NCBI GenBank assembly: GCA_041937175.2
Contig: CP166615.1
Span: forward strand, 2,080,001-2,144,000
Direction of reading: 5' to 3'
DNA: 64,000 nt
Source: Limnothrix sp. BL-A-16
GTDB lineage: Bacteria; Cyanobacteriota; Cyanobacteriia; CACIAM-69d
In this document: positions 1-10,300 of the stretch, in pieces
Layout of the letters: each line of letters opens with the position of its first letter
Numbering within the stretch: the first letter of the stretch is position 1
The notes under the pieces: model-generated
What the model was told of the DNA's origin: nothing
Seen by the model: only the letters and a program-made list of their open reading frames with translations
Database searches by the model: none
Made by a program: the position numbers and the translations under genes

Positions 1-357
1 ATTTCGATCAGTCACGATCGCCCGTTGCCATCCGCCTCATAGTCCTTTACAGCCCCACAGCGCGATCGCCCTCCGGATCATTGACCCAAAACTCCTGATT
101 GGCCCTGGCGATCGGCCCTCACAGGGATCCCAAATGTCAGGGATTAGCAATAAGCCACACTTAGACCCTTCATCGGAGTTTCCAAGCATTTGCTTATAGA
201 TTTTCCCTTTTGAACCCAGTAATCTTAAAAACAACTAAAGCATTCTTAAACTTGCATAACAGGACTGCGTTGCTGCATTGTCTGTTTCAGACTCTGCGGC
301 CCAAAATTCTGCGCCCGAAACCTGCTATTCGTACCCTGATTCCCATGGAAAACGCCT

Positions 358-2202
358 ATGGATCGCTGGATTATCGATAACCTTTGGCTGGTGCCGACCT
401 ACGCCCTCTTTGGCGGGTTGTTGGCCCTGCTTTGGTCGCCGGCCTTCATTCGGCGCACCGGCCCGCGACCGGCGGGCTATTTCAACATTCTGTCTACGGG
501 CTTAGCGTTTTTGCATAGCGCGATCGCCCTGCCCCTGATTTGGAACCGACCAGAAGCCACCATTTCCTTTAACTGGCTGGATGCGGCGGGGCTGAATGTG
601 GATCTTGACCTCAAGGCTTCCGTGGTGAACGTGGGCACGATGGCCCTGATTTCCGGGATTACCTTCCTGGCGCAACTTTTCGCCGTGGGCTACATGGAAA
701 TGGACTGGGGTTGGGCCCGGTTCTATTCCTTGCTGGGCCTGTTTGAAGGCGGCATGTGCCTGTTGGTGCTGTGCGACTCGGCGTTTTTCAGCTACATCGT
801 GCTGGAAATTCTGACCCTGGGCACTTACCTGCTGGTGGGTCTGTGGTTCAGCCAACCGCTGGTGGTGACGGGGGCGCGTGATGCGTTCTTGACCAAGCGG
901 GTTGGGGACTTGGTGTTGCTGATGGGCGTGGTGGCGTTGCTGCCGATCGCCGGGACTTGGAACTTTACGGACTTGGCCGAATGGGCCAAGACGGCGGAAC
1001 TGGATCCGACCGTGGCGACCCTGCTGGGCTTAGCCCTGGTGGCCGGGCCGATCGGGAAATGTGCCCAAATTCCGCTGCACCTGTGGCTGGATGAGGCCAT
1101 GGAAGGGCCGCTGCCCGCGTCGATTTTGCGGAATGCGGTGGTTGTCCCGATCGGGGCTTGGGTGTTGGTGAAATTCCAGCCGGTGATTGCCCTGTCGCCC
1201 GTGGCGGTGACGGTGGAGTGGGTGGTGGGCTTGGTGACAGCTCTGCTGTGCAGCGCGATCGCGATCGCCCAAATCGACATTAAGCGGGTGATGTCCTACG
1301 CCACCAGTACCTACATGGGGTTGGTGTTCGTGGCGATCGGCTTTGGCCAATCTGACCTGGCCCTGTTGCTCTGCTTCACCTATTCCGTGGCCATGGTGCT
1401 GTTGAGCATGAGCATTGGCTGCGTAATTTCCAACTGCGTCACCCAGGATGTGACCCAGTTGGGCGGTCTGTGGCCCAAGCGCCCAGCAGCGGGCCCCGGA
1501 TTCCTGGTGGGGATGTTGGGCTTGGTGGCCGTGCCGCCCTTGGGCTGCTTTTGGGCCCTGTCGGCCCTGGGTGGCGCTTTGTTGGAAGCCAATCAACCGT
1601 TGATTTTTGCGGCCTTGCTGCTGATCAACGCCATGACGGGCTTTAGCCTGATGCGCACCTTTGGCTTGGTGTTCTTTGGCTCCGAGTCGCCCATGACCCA
1701 GCGCGCGCCGGAAGTGCTCTGGCCCATGAGCTTCCCGACGCTGGTGATGGTGGGGGTGGTGTTGCATACGCCACTGCTGTTGATCCAATGGCAGATTTTG
1801 CCGAGCCTGGGAACCACGGAGGCGATCGCCCTGGCGGCTTCGTCCTTGGTGGGTTTGGGGTCGGCGGCAGCTCTGTACCTGAATCCGCAGGTGGCCAAGC
1901 CGATTCACTCGATTCCGGCTCCGATTCGCGATTTCTTTGCCTATGACCTCTATACGGCGAAGCTCTATCGCAACACGATCGTGCTGGTGGTGGGCGCTGT
2001 GTCCGGCGTTCTGTTCTGGATCGATCGGTTCATTGTCGATGGTTTTGTGAATGCGGTGGGGGCGCTGACGGTGGTGGGTGGCCAAGGCTTGCGCTACAAC
2101 ACCACGGGTCAAGTGCAGTTCTATGCCCTGTCGATTCTGTTGGGGGTGGTGCTGTTTGGGGCGTTGGTCGCTTGGCCGATTCTGGCCCCGGCGGTTCCCT
2201 AG
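358..2202 (+). CDS. ndhF3: NAD(P)H-quinone oxidoreductase subunit F, CO2-uptake type (NDH-1_3)
   Basis: 614 aa NuoL-like membrane protein (RRTGPRPAGY, HLWLDEAMEGP); first gene of ndhF-ndhD-cup operon; F3 rather than F4 inferred from adjacent cupA. Confidence 0.9.
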   Translation: MDRWIIDNLWLVPTYALFGGLLALLWSPAFIRRTGPRPAGYFNILSTGLAFLHSAIALPLIWNRPEATISFNWLDAAGLNVDLDLKASVVNVGTMALISGITFLAQLFAVGYMEMDWGWARFYSLLGLFEGGMCLLVLCDSAFFSYIVLEILTLGTYLLVGLWFSQPLVVTGARDAFLTKRVGDLVLLMGVVALLPIAGTWNFTDLAEWAKTAELDPTVATLLGLALVAGPIGKCAQIPLHLWLDEAMEGPLPASILRNAVVVPIGAWVLVKFQPVIALSPVAVTVEWVVGLVTALLCSAIAIAQIDIKRVMSYATSTYMGLVFVAIGFGQSDLALLLCFTYSVAMVLLSMSIGCVISNCVTQDVTQLGGLWPKRPAAGPGFLVGMLGLVAVPPLGCFWALSALGGALLEANQPLIFAALLLINAMTGFSLMRTFGLVFFGSESPMTQRAPEVLWPMSFPTLVMVGVVLHTPLLLIQWQILPSLGTTEAIALAASSLVGLGSAAALYLNPQVAKPIHSIPAPIRDFFAYDLYTAKLYRNTIVLVVGAVSGVLFWIDRFIVDGFVNAVGALTVVGGQGLRYNTTGQVQFYALSILLGVVLFGALVAWPILAPAVP

Positions 2203-2223
2203 GGTTCGATCGCAGCCCAACCT

Positions 2224-2251
2224 GTAGGGGCGCACGGCGGTGCGCCCCTAC
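2224..2251. repeat. REP-like palindrome
   Basis: GTAGGGGCGCAC-ggcg-GTGCGCCCCTAC: perfect 12-bp stem starting with GTAG. Confidence 0.8.
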
Positions 2252-2301
2252 CCGAGACTTCATCACAGCCGTACATCGCAGCAATATCACAGTAAAAGCC
2301 T

Positions 2302-3828
2302 ATGTTGAGCGCATTGATTTTAATTCCGGCGATCGGGGCGGCCCTGGTGGGCCTGTGGCCCGGTCAGCCCAACTCCGCCCTGTTGAAAAAGGTGAGCCTG
2401 GCGATCGCCAGCGTGATTTCCCTTTGGACGTTGTATTTATTTGCTCAGGTCGATGTAAATGCGATCGGGGCGCAAATGACCGAATATTTGCCCTGGGTTC
2501 CCCAACTGGGCTTGAGCTACAGCCTGGGCGTGGATGGGTTGTCGCTGCCCCTGGTGGGCTTGACCGCCCTGCTGGCCTGGATCGCCATTTGCAGCAGCGA
2601 TCGGGACTTGCAGCGACCCCGGCTCTACTACGCGATGATTTTGCTGGCGATCGCCGGGATTAACGGCGCATTCCTGGCCCAAAACCTGCTGCTGTTCGTG
2701 ATGTTCTACGAACTAGAACTGATTCCCTTCTACTTGTTGATCGCCATTTGGGGCAGCGAACAAAAACGCAGCTACGCCGCCACCAAATTTCTGATCTACA
2801 CCGCCATTTCCGGCATTTTGGTGCTGGCGGGCTTCCTGGCCCTCACCTGGCTCAGTGGCTCCACCAGCTTTGATATCGGTCAAATCGACATTCATAAGCT
2901 GTCCGACAGCGCCCAACTAATTTGCCTGTTGCTGTTGGTGGTGGGCTTCGGGATCAAGATTCCCCTCGTGCCCCTGCATACTTGGCTGCCCGATGCCTAT
3001 GTGGAATCGTCGCCCGCCACCACGGTGTTGCTGGGCGGTGTGCTGGCTAAGCTGGGCACCTACGGCTTGCTGCGCTACGGCTTGGGTCTGCTGCCCGATG
3101 CTTGGGGGACGATCGCCCCGGGGTTGGCCCTGGTGGGCGTGGTCAGCGTGATGTATGGCGCATTGACCGCGATCGCCCAAAAGGACATCAAACGGATGGT
3201 GGCCTACAGCTCGATCGGACACATGGGCTACATCATCGTGGCCGCCGCCGCCCTCAACCCCCTCTCGTTGCTGGGTTCGGTGGCTCAAATGGTCAGCCAC
3301 GGCTTGATTTTGGCGATTCTGTTCTACCTGGTGGGTGTGATCGAAAAGAAAGTCGGCACCCGCGACCTGGACAAGCTGAACGGCTTGATGAGTCCGATTC
3401 GGGGCTTGCCCCTGACCAGCGGCCTGTTGGTGCTGGCGGGCATGGCCAGCGCGGGCATTCCCGGGATGGTCGGCTTTGTGGCGGAATACATGGTGTTCCA
3501 AGGCAGCTTCACCACCTATCCCGTGATTTCGCTGCTTTGCATCCTGGCTTCCGGGCTGACGGCGGTGTACTTCGTGATTTTGCTGAATCGCACCTGCTTT
3601 GGTCGCCTGGACAACGCCACCGCCTACTATCCTGCTGTGCGGTTTGATGAGCACCTGCCGGGTCTGATTTTGACCGCGCTGATCGTTTGGCTGGGGATTC
3701 AACCCACCTGGCTGGTGAAGTGGATCGAGCCGACCACAGACGCGATGATCGCTGCGATTCCCACGGTGACCCAACCGGTGGCGATCGCCCCAACCAAGCC
3801 AGCCCAGTCTGCCCCCGCGATCGACTAA
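2302..3828 (+). CDS. ndhD3: NAD(P)H-quinone oxidoreductase subunit D, CO2-uptake type
   Basis: 508 aa NuoM-like (PLHTWLPDAY, KRMVAYSSIGHMG); between ndhF3 and cupA. Confidence 0.9.
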   Translation: MLSALILIPAIGAALVGLWPGQPNSALLKKVSLAIASVISLWTLYLFAQVDVNAIGAQMTEYLPWVPQLGLSYSLGVDGLSLPLVGLTALLAWIAICSSDRDLQRPRLYYAMILLAIAGINGAFLAQNLLLFVMFYELELIPFYLLIAIWGSEQKRSYAATKFLIYTAISGILVLAGFLALTWLSGSTSFDIGQIDIHKLSDSAQLICLLLLVVGFGIKIPLVPLHTWLPDAYVESSPATTVLLGGVLAKLGTYGLLRYGLGLLPDAWGTIAPGLALVGVVSVMYGALTAIAQKDIKRMVAYSSIGHMGYIIVAAAALNPLSLLGSVAQMVSHGLILAILFYLVGVIEKKVGTRDLDKLNGLMSPIRGLPLTSGLLVLAGMASAGIPGMVGFVAEYMVFQGSFTTYPVISLLCILASGLTAVYFVILLNRTCFGRLDNATAYYPAVRFDEHLPGLILTALIVWLGIQPTWLVKWIEPTTDAMIAAIPTVTQPVAIAPTKPAQSAPAID

Positions 3829-3842
3829 TCGGCTACGCGGCA

Positions 3843-3959
3843 ACCCAACCAGACAAGGGGCTTGAGCATCTTGCTGCCCAATGAGGTCGTTGGTTGGAGC
3901 CAATTGGATTGATGTTCGTTGACCACTGACTAGACAAGGGGCTTAAGCCCCTTGCCCCC
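3843..3959. repeat. Two copies of AGACAAGGGGCTTAAGCCCCTTG palindromic repeat family
   Basis: Degenerate copy at 3851-3874 and perfect palindrome copy at 3931-3959. Confidence 0.8.
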
Positions 3960-3967
3960 ACAACATC

Positions 3968-5278
3968 ATGGTTCAGACCCCAATCAAACCGGACACCGCC
4001 CCCAAAATTCCCCCGTCGCAGCATGAATTTGCGGAAGTGATTCATCGGCTGGAAGCGGGCGGCGCAATGTTGCCCGACACGCCAGAAAACCTGATGCAAA
4101 TCATCGGCATTTACAAGGCCTATGCCGTGCCGATGGACTTCTATTGGCGCGACTTGCTCTACATTGCCGAAGAAGTTTTCCTCAATCCCTTTCCCTTCTT
4201 CAAATATTTCCTACCCCAGAAATATTTAGACCTGCCGAACCACTACGCAGGCGACACGGCCGACTTGCGAATTTGGCGCGGCATCGCCACGGCACACCCA
4301 GAATTGCTCGACTTCATGAGCAAGGGTGAAACGATCAAAATGCCGAAGCTGTTCCATCACCTGTGGCACGATCGGGTGAATATGGAATTCGCCGAAGCCT
4401 GTATGCAGGCCATGCTCTGGCATCGCAAAATGTATGCGGGCGTGAATCGGTTTGATGATTTCCTAAACACCGAGGAATATCGCCAAAACTGCGATCGCGC
4501 CATCAAAGCCTACTTCAAAGGCAATCCGATCATGTTGGGGATGTATAAACTCTTCCCCGAAGCCTTCATTGAGCAATGCCGAATGATGTCCTATTACAGC
4601 AACTTGGGGCTGTTTTGGGAAATCATGGCTCCGGTGTTCTTTGAGATGTCAGACATCTATGATGAAGGCGGCTTCAAGGGTGTGCCCGATGCCATGAACT
4701 TCCTGATTAATGGCATCTTTGCGATTTCCGGTCGCCCGATCTATCACCGCGTGAATATTCGTGGTGAATGGTTCGATTTGGTGCCCAAAGATAAGGGTTT
4801 TATGTGGCTCTATGATGCGGCATTACCCTACGTGGAGGCGGTGTTTTATCGCACGGCTCCGTTCCGGGGAACCAAGTCCTACAACGCCCAAGCGGGGCAA
4901 GTCCCCAGCGAGCAAGCGGACTTCCATTACGGCATTCTGTACGCCGACGTATTCCCCGTGGGAACTGCCGGGATTCCGCCCACACAATTGATGCAGGATA
5001 TGTTGCATTTCCTGCCGCAATATCTGTTGGATTACTATCACCAACATTGCCGGGGCGAGGACGATATGTTGATCCAGCTCGGGATTACCTTCCAGCGATC
5101 GATGTATTGCGTCACCTCCGCCGTAATCCAAGCGCTGCGGGCGGCGTTGCTCTATCCGTTGGATGACGAAAACCCGGAGCACCTGATGGCCAACCGCAAA
5201 TTCTTTGAGGCGCAAATGGATCGCTTCAAGCGTCCTGAGGCTCGCCTGCGCGACATCCAAAATCGCGATTACCGCTAA
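3968..5278 (+). CDS. cupA: CO2 hydration protein CupA (ChpY)
   Basis: 436 aa; RLEAGGAMLPDTPENLMQIIGIYKAYAVPMDFYW and HHLWHDRVNMEFAE; length and N-terminus typical of CupA rather than CupB. Confidence 0.92.
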   Translation: MVQTPIKPDTAPKIPPSQHEFAEVIHRLEAGGAMLPDTPENLMQIIGIYKAYAVPMDFYWRDLLYIAEEVFLNPFPFFKYFLPQKYLDLPNHYAGDTADLRIWRGIATAHPELLDFMSKGETIKMPKLFHHLWHDRVNMEFAEACMQAMLWHRKMYAGVNRFDDFLNTEEYRQNCDRAIKAYFKGNPIMLGMYKLFPEAFIEQCRMMSYYSNLGLFWEIMAPVFFEMSDIYDEGGFKGVPDAMNFLINGIFAISGRPIYHRVNIRGEWFDLVPKDKGFMWLYDAALPYVEAVFYRTAPFRGTKSYNAQAGQVPSEQADFHYGILYADVFPVGTAGIPPTQLMQDMLHFLPQYLLDYYHQHCRGEDDMLIQLGITFQRSMYCVTSAVIQALRAALLYPLDDENPEHLMANRKFFEAQMDRFKRPEARLRDIQNRDYR

Positions 5279-5322
5279 GTTTCCTTCCTAAGAGTTGCTT
5301 GCTCTGATCGAGCAGCCAGGCG

Positions 5323-5356
5323 ATCGGGTTAGTGTGTCCCACTAGCCCGATTTTTT
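5323..5356 (+). terminator. Intrinsic terminator of ndhF3-ndhD3-cupA
   Basis: ATCGGGTTAGTG-tgtcc-CACTAGCCCGAT hairpin followed by T-run. Confidence 0.75.
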
Positions 5357-5365
5357 ATCTTCTGT

Positions 5366-5743
5366 TTAAATGTGGGTCTCAGCCAATGATCGCTCTGCTG
5401 TTTCACTACCTTGGCGGTTTAGGGCTTGCCAATTGGCAGCGATCGGCTCGAATGCACAATAGCAAGTAATCACTTCGCGCCCGCTATTGCTTATAAATTG
5501 TTCCACTTCAATCACGACCCAATCGCCGTCCCGCCCATGGGTTACGCCATTACCCGGATCGGTCAAATTGCTGTAGTCCCTTAGCCGATCGCCCGGCTTC
5601 GGTAATCGATTAGCACCGTAGTCCAGCTCCTGCGCCAACAAATTCGTTAAACTGCCCCGAGGCATCAATCACCGTTCTTCCCAGCCAGGTTCGTCGGCCG
5701 CAGCCACATACAAAATCCGCCGATTTGGAATTAGTTCAGTCAT
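5366..5743 (-). pseudogene. Cyanobacterial hypothetical protein interrupted by in-frame TGA
   Basis: ATG at 5743 with AGGAGG RBS reads MTELIPNRRILYVAAADEPGWEER, then TGA (5671-5669), then continues in frame into the 5366..5668 ORF. Confidence 0.65.
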
Positions 5744-6004
5744 CGCCTTTTTCCTCCTGCCAAGTTTCATCCATAAAACTGGTTTGCGGCCCTTCAAAGA
5801 CGCAATCTACACCCAAGGCCATGCCTCCAGCAGCCTTCACAATATCTTTGAGTTTTCATCTATTTCGCTGGGCCATTTTTCGACAATCGGCAGGAGTAGC
5901 AGCCCCATGAACATTTTCGGTTTCTGATCAGTACAAATTTTACTGTATCAGTCATTAATATTAACCTTGGAATACACTGGGAATTGTCTTTAAGTCAGTG
6001 GTTT

Positions 6005-6460
6005 ATGCTGAGATCATTCATCCTTCGTCAATCGGCGATCGCTCTAGCGGGATTAGCCTTGGTTGCAACTCCCACGTCAGCGCAGACAGTTAATTGGGAA
6101 CAATTGCGGCGAGTTTGTCCCCAAAATCCCCAAGCTTATGTGGGTTCAACGGCTCAAGCGGCATCTATGAAAGAAGCGGTTCGACGCTATCTTGGCGCAA
6201 CTGCTGATAGTTTGGAGCACATGTCTGACCCAACAATTTATCGGGGTTGGGGTGAGCTATCTTTTTTGTCTGGTGAGATGTCTAGCGCTCGTCAATTTTT
6301 GATTAACCCTAACGGTCGTGTCACTGAGTTGTCATTTTCACTGGACTTTGCTTCCGGTCAACATGACAATTACCGTTCATTGGAGCGAATGCGTAATTTA
6401 GGCGTTTCGCCCGAGGTAACAGCTTGTTTGCATGAAGGAGCAAGACTTTTTCATTTTTAG
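6005..6460 (+). CDS. Hypothetical secreted protein
   Basis: ORF with Sec-type signal (RQSAIALAGLALVATPTSA/Q); lower GC than flanks. Confidence 0.65.
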   Translation: MLRSFILRQSAIALAGLALVATPTSAQTVNWEQLRRVCPQNPQAYVGSTAQAASMKEAVRRYLGATADSLEHMSDPTIYRGWGELSFLSGEMSSARQFLINPNGRVTELSFSLDFASGQHDNYRSLERMRNLGVSPEVTACLHEGARLFHF

Positions 6461-6484
6461 TGCTGTGGTTGGAGATGAATTGCG

Positions 6485-6600
6485 ATGACTAGGCCAAGCA
6501 TTCTGCGTCCGGGTCAGTCCTATCATTTCCAGCAATATTTTGAGATGGCCGATGAGCCAGACGATATTTTGGCGGAGTTTGGTTATACGTTATTTCTTTG
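6485..6600 (+). pseudogene. 5' remnant of a conserved cyanobacterial hypothetical gene
   Basis: MTRPSILRPGQSYHFQQYFEMADEPDDILAEFGYT resembles the N-terminus of a recurrent cyanobacterial family (from memory); frame then runs antisense into the HEPN gene. Confidence 0.45.
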
Positions 6601-6619
6601 GTTTGGGTTCAAAATCAAC

Positions 6620-6994
6620 TCAATCTTGATAGGTTTTGATCATCGACTGAATTGCATTGAGTAATGCAGGAAGCTGTTTTTGGCAGACTGTGAAAATTTC
6701 CTCAGCATCAATATCAAAATAGCGATGCGCTAAAACATCACGAATGCCTTTTGCACCGCGCCAGTTAACTTGCGAGTAAGGAGCAAAAATTTCACCATTG
6801 GTCTCTCGATCGAGCCATTTTAGATTTTCACCGATCGCAATCAGCATCATACTAATCGCATCAAGCAGATCTTGACCATGCTCAGTATCCAAAAAGTCAT
6901 CAGGTGTTGAAATTTGAACAAATCGGCGATTAATGCGTTGTAAAGCATCATCAACCTGTAAAAGTTTTTCGTAAATCAGCGATCGGTCAGACAT
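6620..6994 (-). CDS. HepT-like HEPN ribonuclease toxin (DUF86)
   Basis: 124 aa; WRGAKGIRDVLAHRYF contains RX4H RNase motif and downstream Tyr. Confidence 0.88.
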   Translation of the reverse strand: MSDRSLIYEKLLQVDDALQRINRRFVQISTPDDFLDTEHGQDLLDAISMMLIAIGENLKWLDRETNGEIFAPYSQVNWRGAKGIRDVLAHRYFDIDAEEIFTVCQKQLPALLNAIQSMIKTYQD

Positions 6995-7000
6995 AGAGAA

Positions 7001-7366
7001 TTAGATATAAATTGCATCGCGATCGATCCGGCGTTTCAGGTAGGGATTCATGCGCGGGCGATAACGAATTAGGTCGATCGAGCATTGAAAAATTTGCTCT
7101 AAATCCGCTTTGATATCCACCATTGTGAATAGATCCGGCACGGTCAATTCCAAGACGATATCGATATCGCTATCAGGCTTGGCCTCGTTGCGGGCCACTG
7201 AACCAAAAATACCAAGCCGGGTTACACCATATTTTTGGTGAAGATCGGGAGCGAGTTGCCGCAGCGTGGCGAGGATGCGATCGCGATCGGGTGGCTCGCT
7301 CGTAGGGGGCAAGGGGCTGGAGCACCTTGTCTGGGGTTGGTTGGGAGGTGGCTCGTGATGGGTCAT
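7001..7366 (-). CDS. MNT (minimal nucleotidyltransferase) antitoxin
   Basis: GSVARNEAKPDSDID (GSX10DXD); ATG at 7366 overlaps the stop of the Type ISP gene (ATGA). Confidence 0.85.
   Translation of the reverse strand: MTHHEPPPNQPQTRCSSPLPPTSEPPDRDRILATLRQLAPDLHQKYGVTRLGIFGSVARNEAKPDSDIDIVLELTVPDLFTMVDIKADLEQIFQCSIDLIRYRPRMNPYLKRRIDRDAIYI
7305..7345 (-). repeat. CAAGGGGC..GCCCCTTG family copy inside the MNT 5' region
   Basis: Minus strand reads CCCAACCAACCCCAGACAAGGTGCTCCAGCCCCTTGCCCCC, similar to the 24934-24972 copy. Confidence 0.7.
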
Positions 7367-10300
7367 CGCTCGTTGAGGGGTGGGAGGTTGTTGACGATCG
7401 CGACGGTTTCCAAACTGACGCGGACGATGCGTTTTAGGAGATCGATGATGTAGTGGGGGTCGTCGCTCCAGTGGTTGGGATTGTTGGTGATGCCGCTGTC
7501 TTTGTCTTTGGTGATTTGGTAGCGTTCCATGATCCATTCGATCGCGGATCGATCGCACACTTTGTACTCATAGGCGGCGAGGGGAATGCCGATCAGTTTG
7601 ATTTTGTGGTTATAGATAATCGTGGTTTTATCGATTTGTTTGTTGTGGCGGCCGAAGGTCATTTTGGTGACTTGATAATCGTCGGCTTCGACAAAGAGGG
7701 TTTCTTTGAGTTCGTCGATCGGGTAAGGTTCGATCGCCTCATAATTCAGATGCCAATGGGCGAGTTGGCGACCGGCGCGGCTGAAGGCCCAAAAGTCGGC
7801 GGCGAAGGGAATCCGGGGCAACATTTTCTTCAGGTCGGCGGCGAACCGGGTTTTATATTCGGGGCTGTGGAGGATGCCGTAGACGTAATAGAAAATGTCT
7901 TCTTTGGTGATTTTGGGGTCGCGATAGGTGGTTTGGAAGTCGTGCAAAATCGCGTCGGGAATGTTGTCGTTGCGGCGATAGTCGCTTTGGTTGGAATCGG
8001 CGGTTTGGAAGAGTTCGCCGAGGTCGGTGTTTTTGGTATAGGTGTAGAGGGGAAAATACTGAGTTTTTGAGAGAATATCATCAGCGACAGTATTAACAAT
8101 CAAAGCTGAGTAATCTCTTTGTGCTCCTGCTCCCGTTACGCAAATTGCCACGTTTTCCAGAGGGGCGATCGGGAAAATCTTCGGCATTTGGTAAACCATG
8201 TCATTCCAATGCTTATTGAAATAAACCCATTGTTTACAATACGGTCGATAGATTCCTGAAACCACTGAATCAGATTCAAGGCGATAGGTTCTAAGCTTGC
8301 TTAGATCACTTTTCAGTCCACGCGACCAGTTGATTTTACTGGAATCAGTCACAATGAAATGATCAATGGTCGGTTTTTCGCCTTGGATCGCTTGATACTG
8401 CTCAACCTGTTGATTGTAAAAATCAATCATGCGGCTCATATTATTGGCAACCGCATCACGCGAGAAGTTATAGCACCAAGCATCTCGACTGGTTGCAACT
8501 CCTCGTGAATACACATCAAAGATGGTTTTTGCTGTGGCATCTTTTTTGTCACCCATGGAAAGGAACGCATCAAACACTGGATTGCGTTGATTAATCCAAT
8601 CGTGGCTGTCGTTGGGTGTGATGGTTTGCCAATTAATCCCAGAAATGTCGCCAAAATCTTGAATGATTTTCAGCTTTTCTTCGCGGCTGAGATAATCGCC
8701 AATATCGTGATAGAAAACCTGACAAGCTCCCGAATGCTCGGGATTTTTAATCAACAAACTAATTGCGACATTTGTTCTTGTTCCTTCACCAAAAACACTC
8801 CCCTTTTCCATGCGACGCTGCTCGCCTGATGTTCTCGCGTTGCCTCGCAAATTAAAGACATAAACCTTACTAAATTCATCCGTTAAACATTTTCGCAATC
8901 CATCCATTGCGTTGTTGTCGATAAACGAACCATTCGAGACAAAGCAAACAATTCCCTGATCTTGAAGGCGATCACTCGCCCAACGAATCGCCCGAATATA
9001 GGAATCATAAAGACTATTTTTATTCGTCGCGCTGGAATATTTTGCATAAGTCTCGGTAATCCGACCATCCAATGCGTCATATTTCAGATTCTTGTTATTC
9101 TCATTCTCACTGCCCTGACCCGCTGAATAGGGCGGATTGCCAATAATCACCCGAATATCGCGCCCTTTCTGCGCCTTCACCCGTTGATTATTTTCAGGAA
9201 ACATCAAATCTTCCAACGTTCCCGCCGTCTCAAACATTTGGAACGTATCCGTCAAAACAATCCCATTAAACGGTTGATAGGCTCCACCGCTCAACCCGTG
9301 AAACGTTTCCTCAATGTTGATCGCCGCAATGTAATAGGCCAACAACACAATTTCATTGGCGTGTAACTCACCCGTAAACTTCCGCGCCAAATCCTCCCGC
9401 CGAATCAAACCACTTTGCAACAACCGCACCATAAACGTGCCCGTGCCCGTAAACGGATCGAGCACATGCACCCCCTGATCCGTCAACCCCACCCCAAATT
9501 CCTGCTTCAGGGCCTGGTCGGCACTGTGAATAATGAAATCCACCACCTCAACCGGCGTGTAGACAATTCCCAGGCGATCGGACATACGCGGAAACGCATT
9601 CCGAAAAAACTTGTCGTATAACTCCAAAACAACCGTTTGCTTGCCCGCCGCATTGTCGATTTTGCTCGCCCGCTGCCGCACACTGTCGTAAAACTTTGCC
9701 AGTTTTGCCGTGTCCTTTTGCAACGATTCGCGCTCCAGCAAATCCAGCATTTTTTGCATCGCGATCGACACCGGATTTTGTTCCGTAAACGCATAGCCCT
9801 CAAACAACGCATCAAACACCGGCTTCGTGATCAAATGTTGCGCCAACATCTCGATCGCATCCAGTTCCGACACATTGGGATTCAGGTTTTCGCGCAGACC
9901 CGCCAAAAATTCCTCAAAGGCCCGGCGATGGTCCCGATCGGCCCGTTCAATTAACCCCTTGATCCGCGAAATATGCCGATCGGCAATTTGCGCCACATCC
10001 GCCGCCCACTGTTCCCAATAGCGGCGATCGCCACACTTCTGGACAATCTTGGCGTAGATCGCATTTCGCCACTCCTCCAAATCCGGGAAATTCAGCGATA
10101 GTTGCGTCGTTTTGCCGCCACCTCCGGCCGGGCGATCGCCAATCACCTCCAACTCGCCCGATTCCCCCATCCCCACCCCAATCACACCAATTTGCGCCGG
10201 TTTCGATTGGTTCAGCTCCAACTTATTCACCGTCGCATTGAAGCGATCGTCGTGAGCCCGCAACGCCTGCAACACCTCCCACACCACCGCATAGCGCTTG

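Noticed and set aside
190..260. Possible NdhR/CcmR operator upstream of ndhF3
   Set aside because: Expected biologically, but no convincing ATAG-N8-CTAT match is visible
1030..3903. Long antisense ORFs (401 aa, 328 aa); similar ones oppose dapL, ftsH and others
   Set aside because: Shadow ORFs from GC-rich codon bias opposite well-supported genes
5929..5945. CAGTACAAATTTTACTG as a LexA box
   Set aside because: Spacing and right half do not fit RGTACNNNDGTWCB; kept only as a generic inverted repeat
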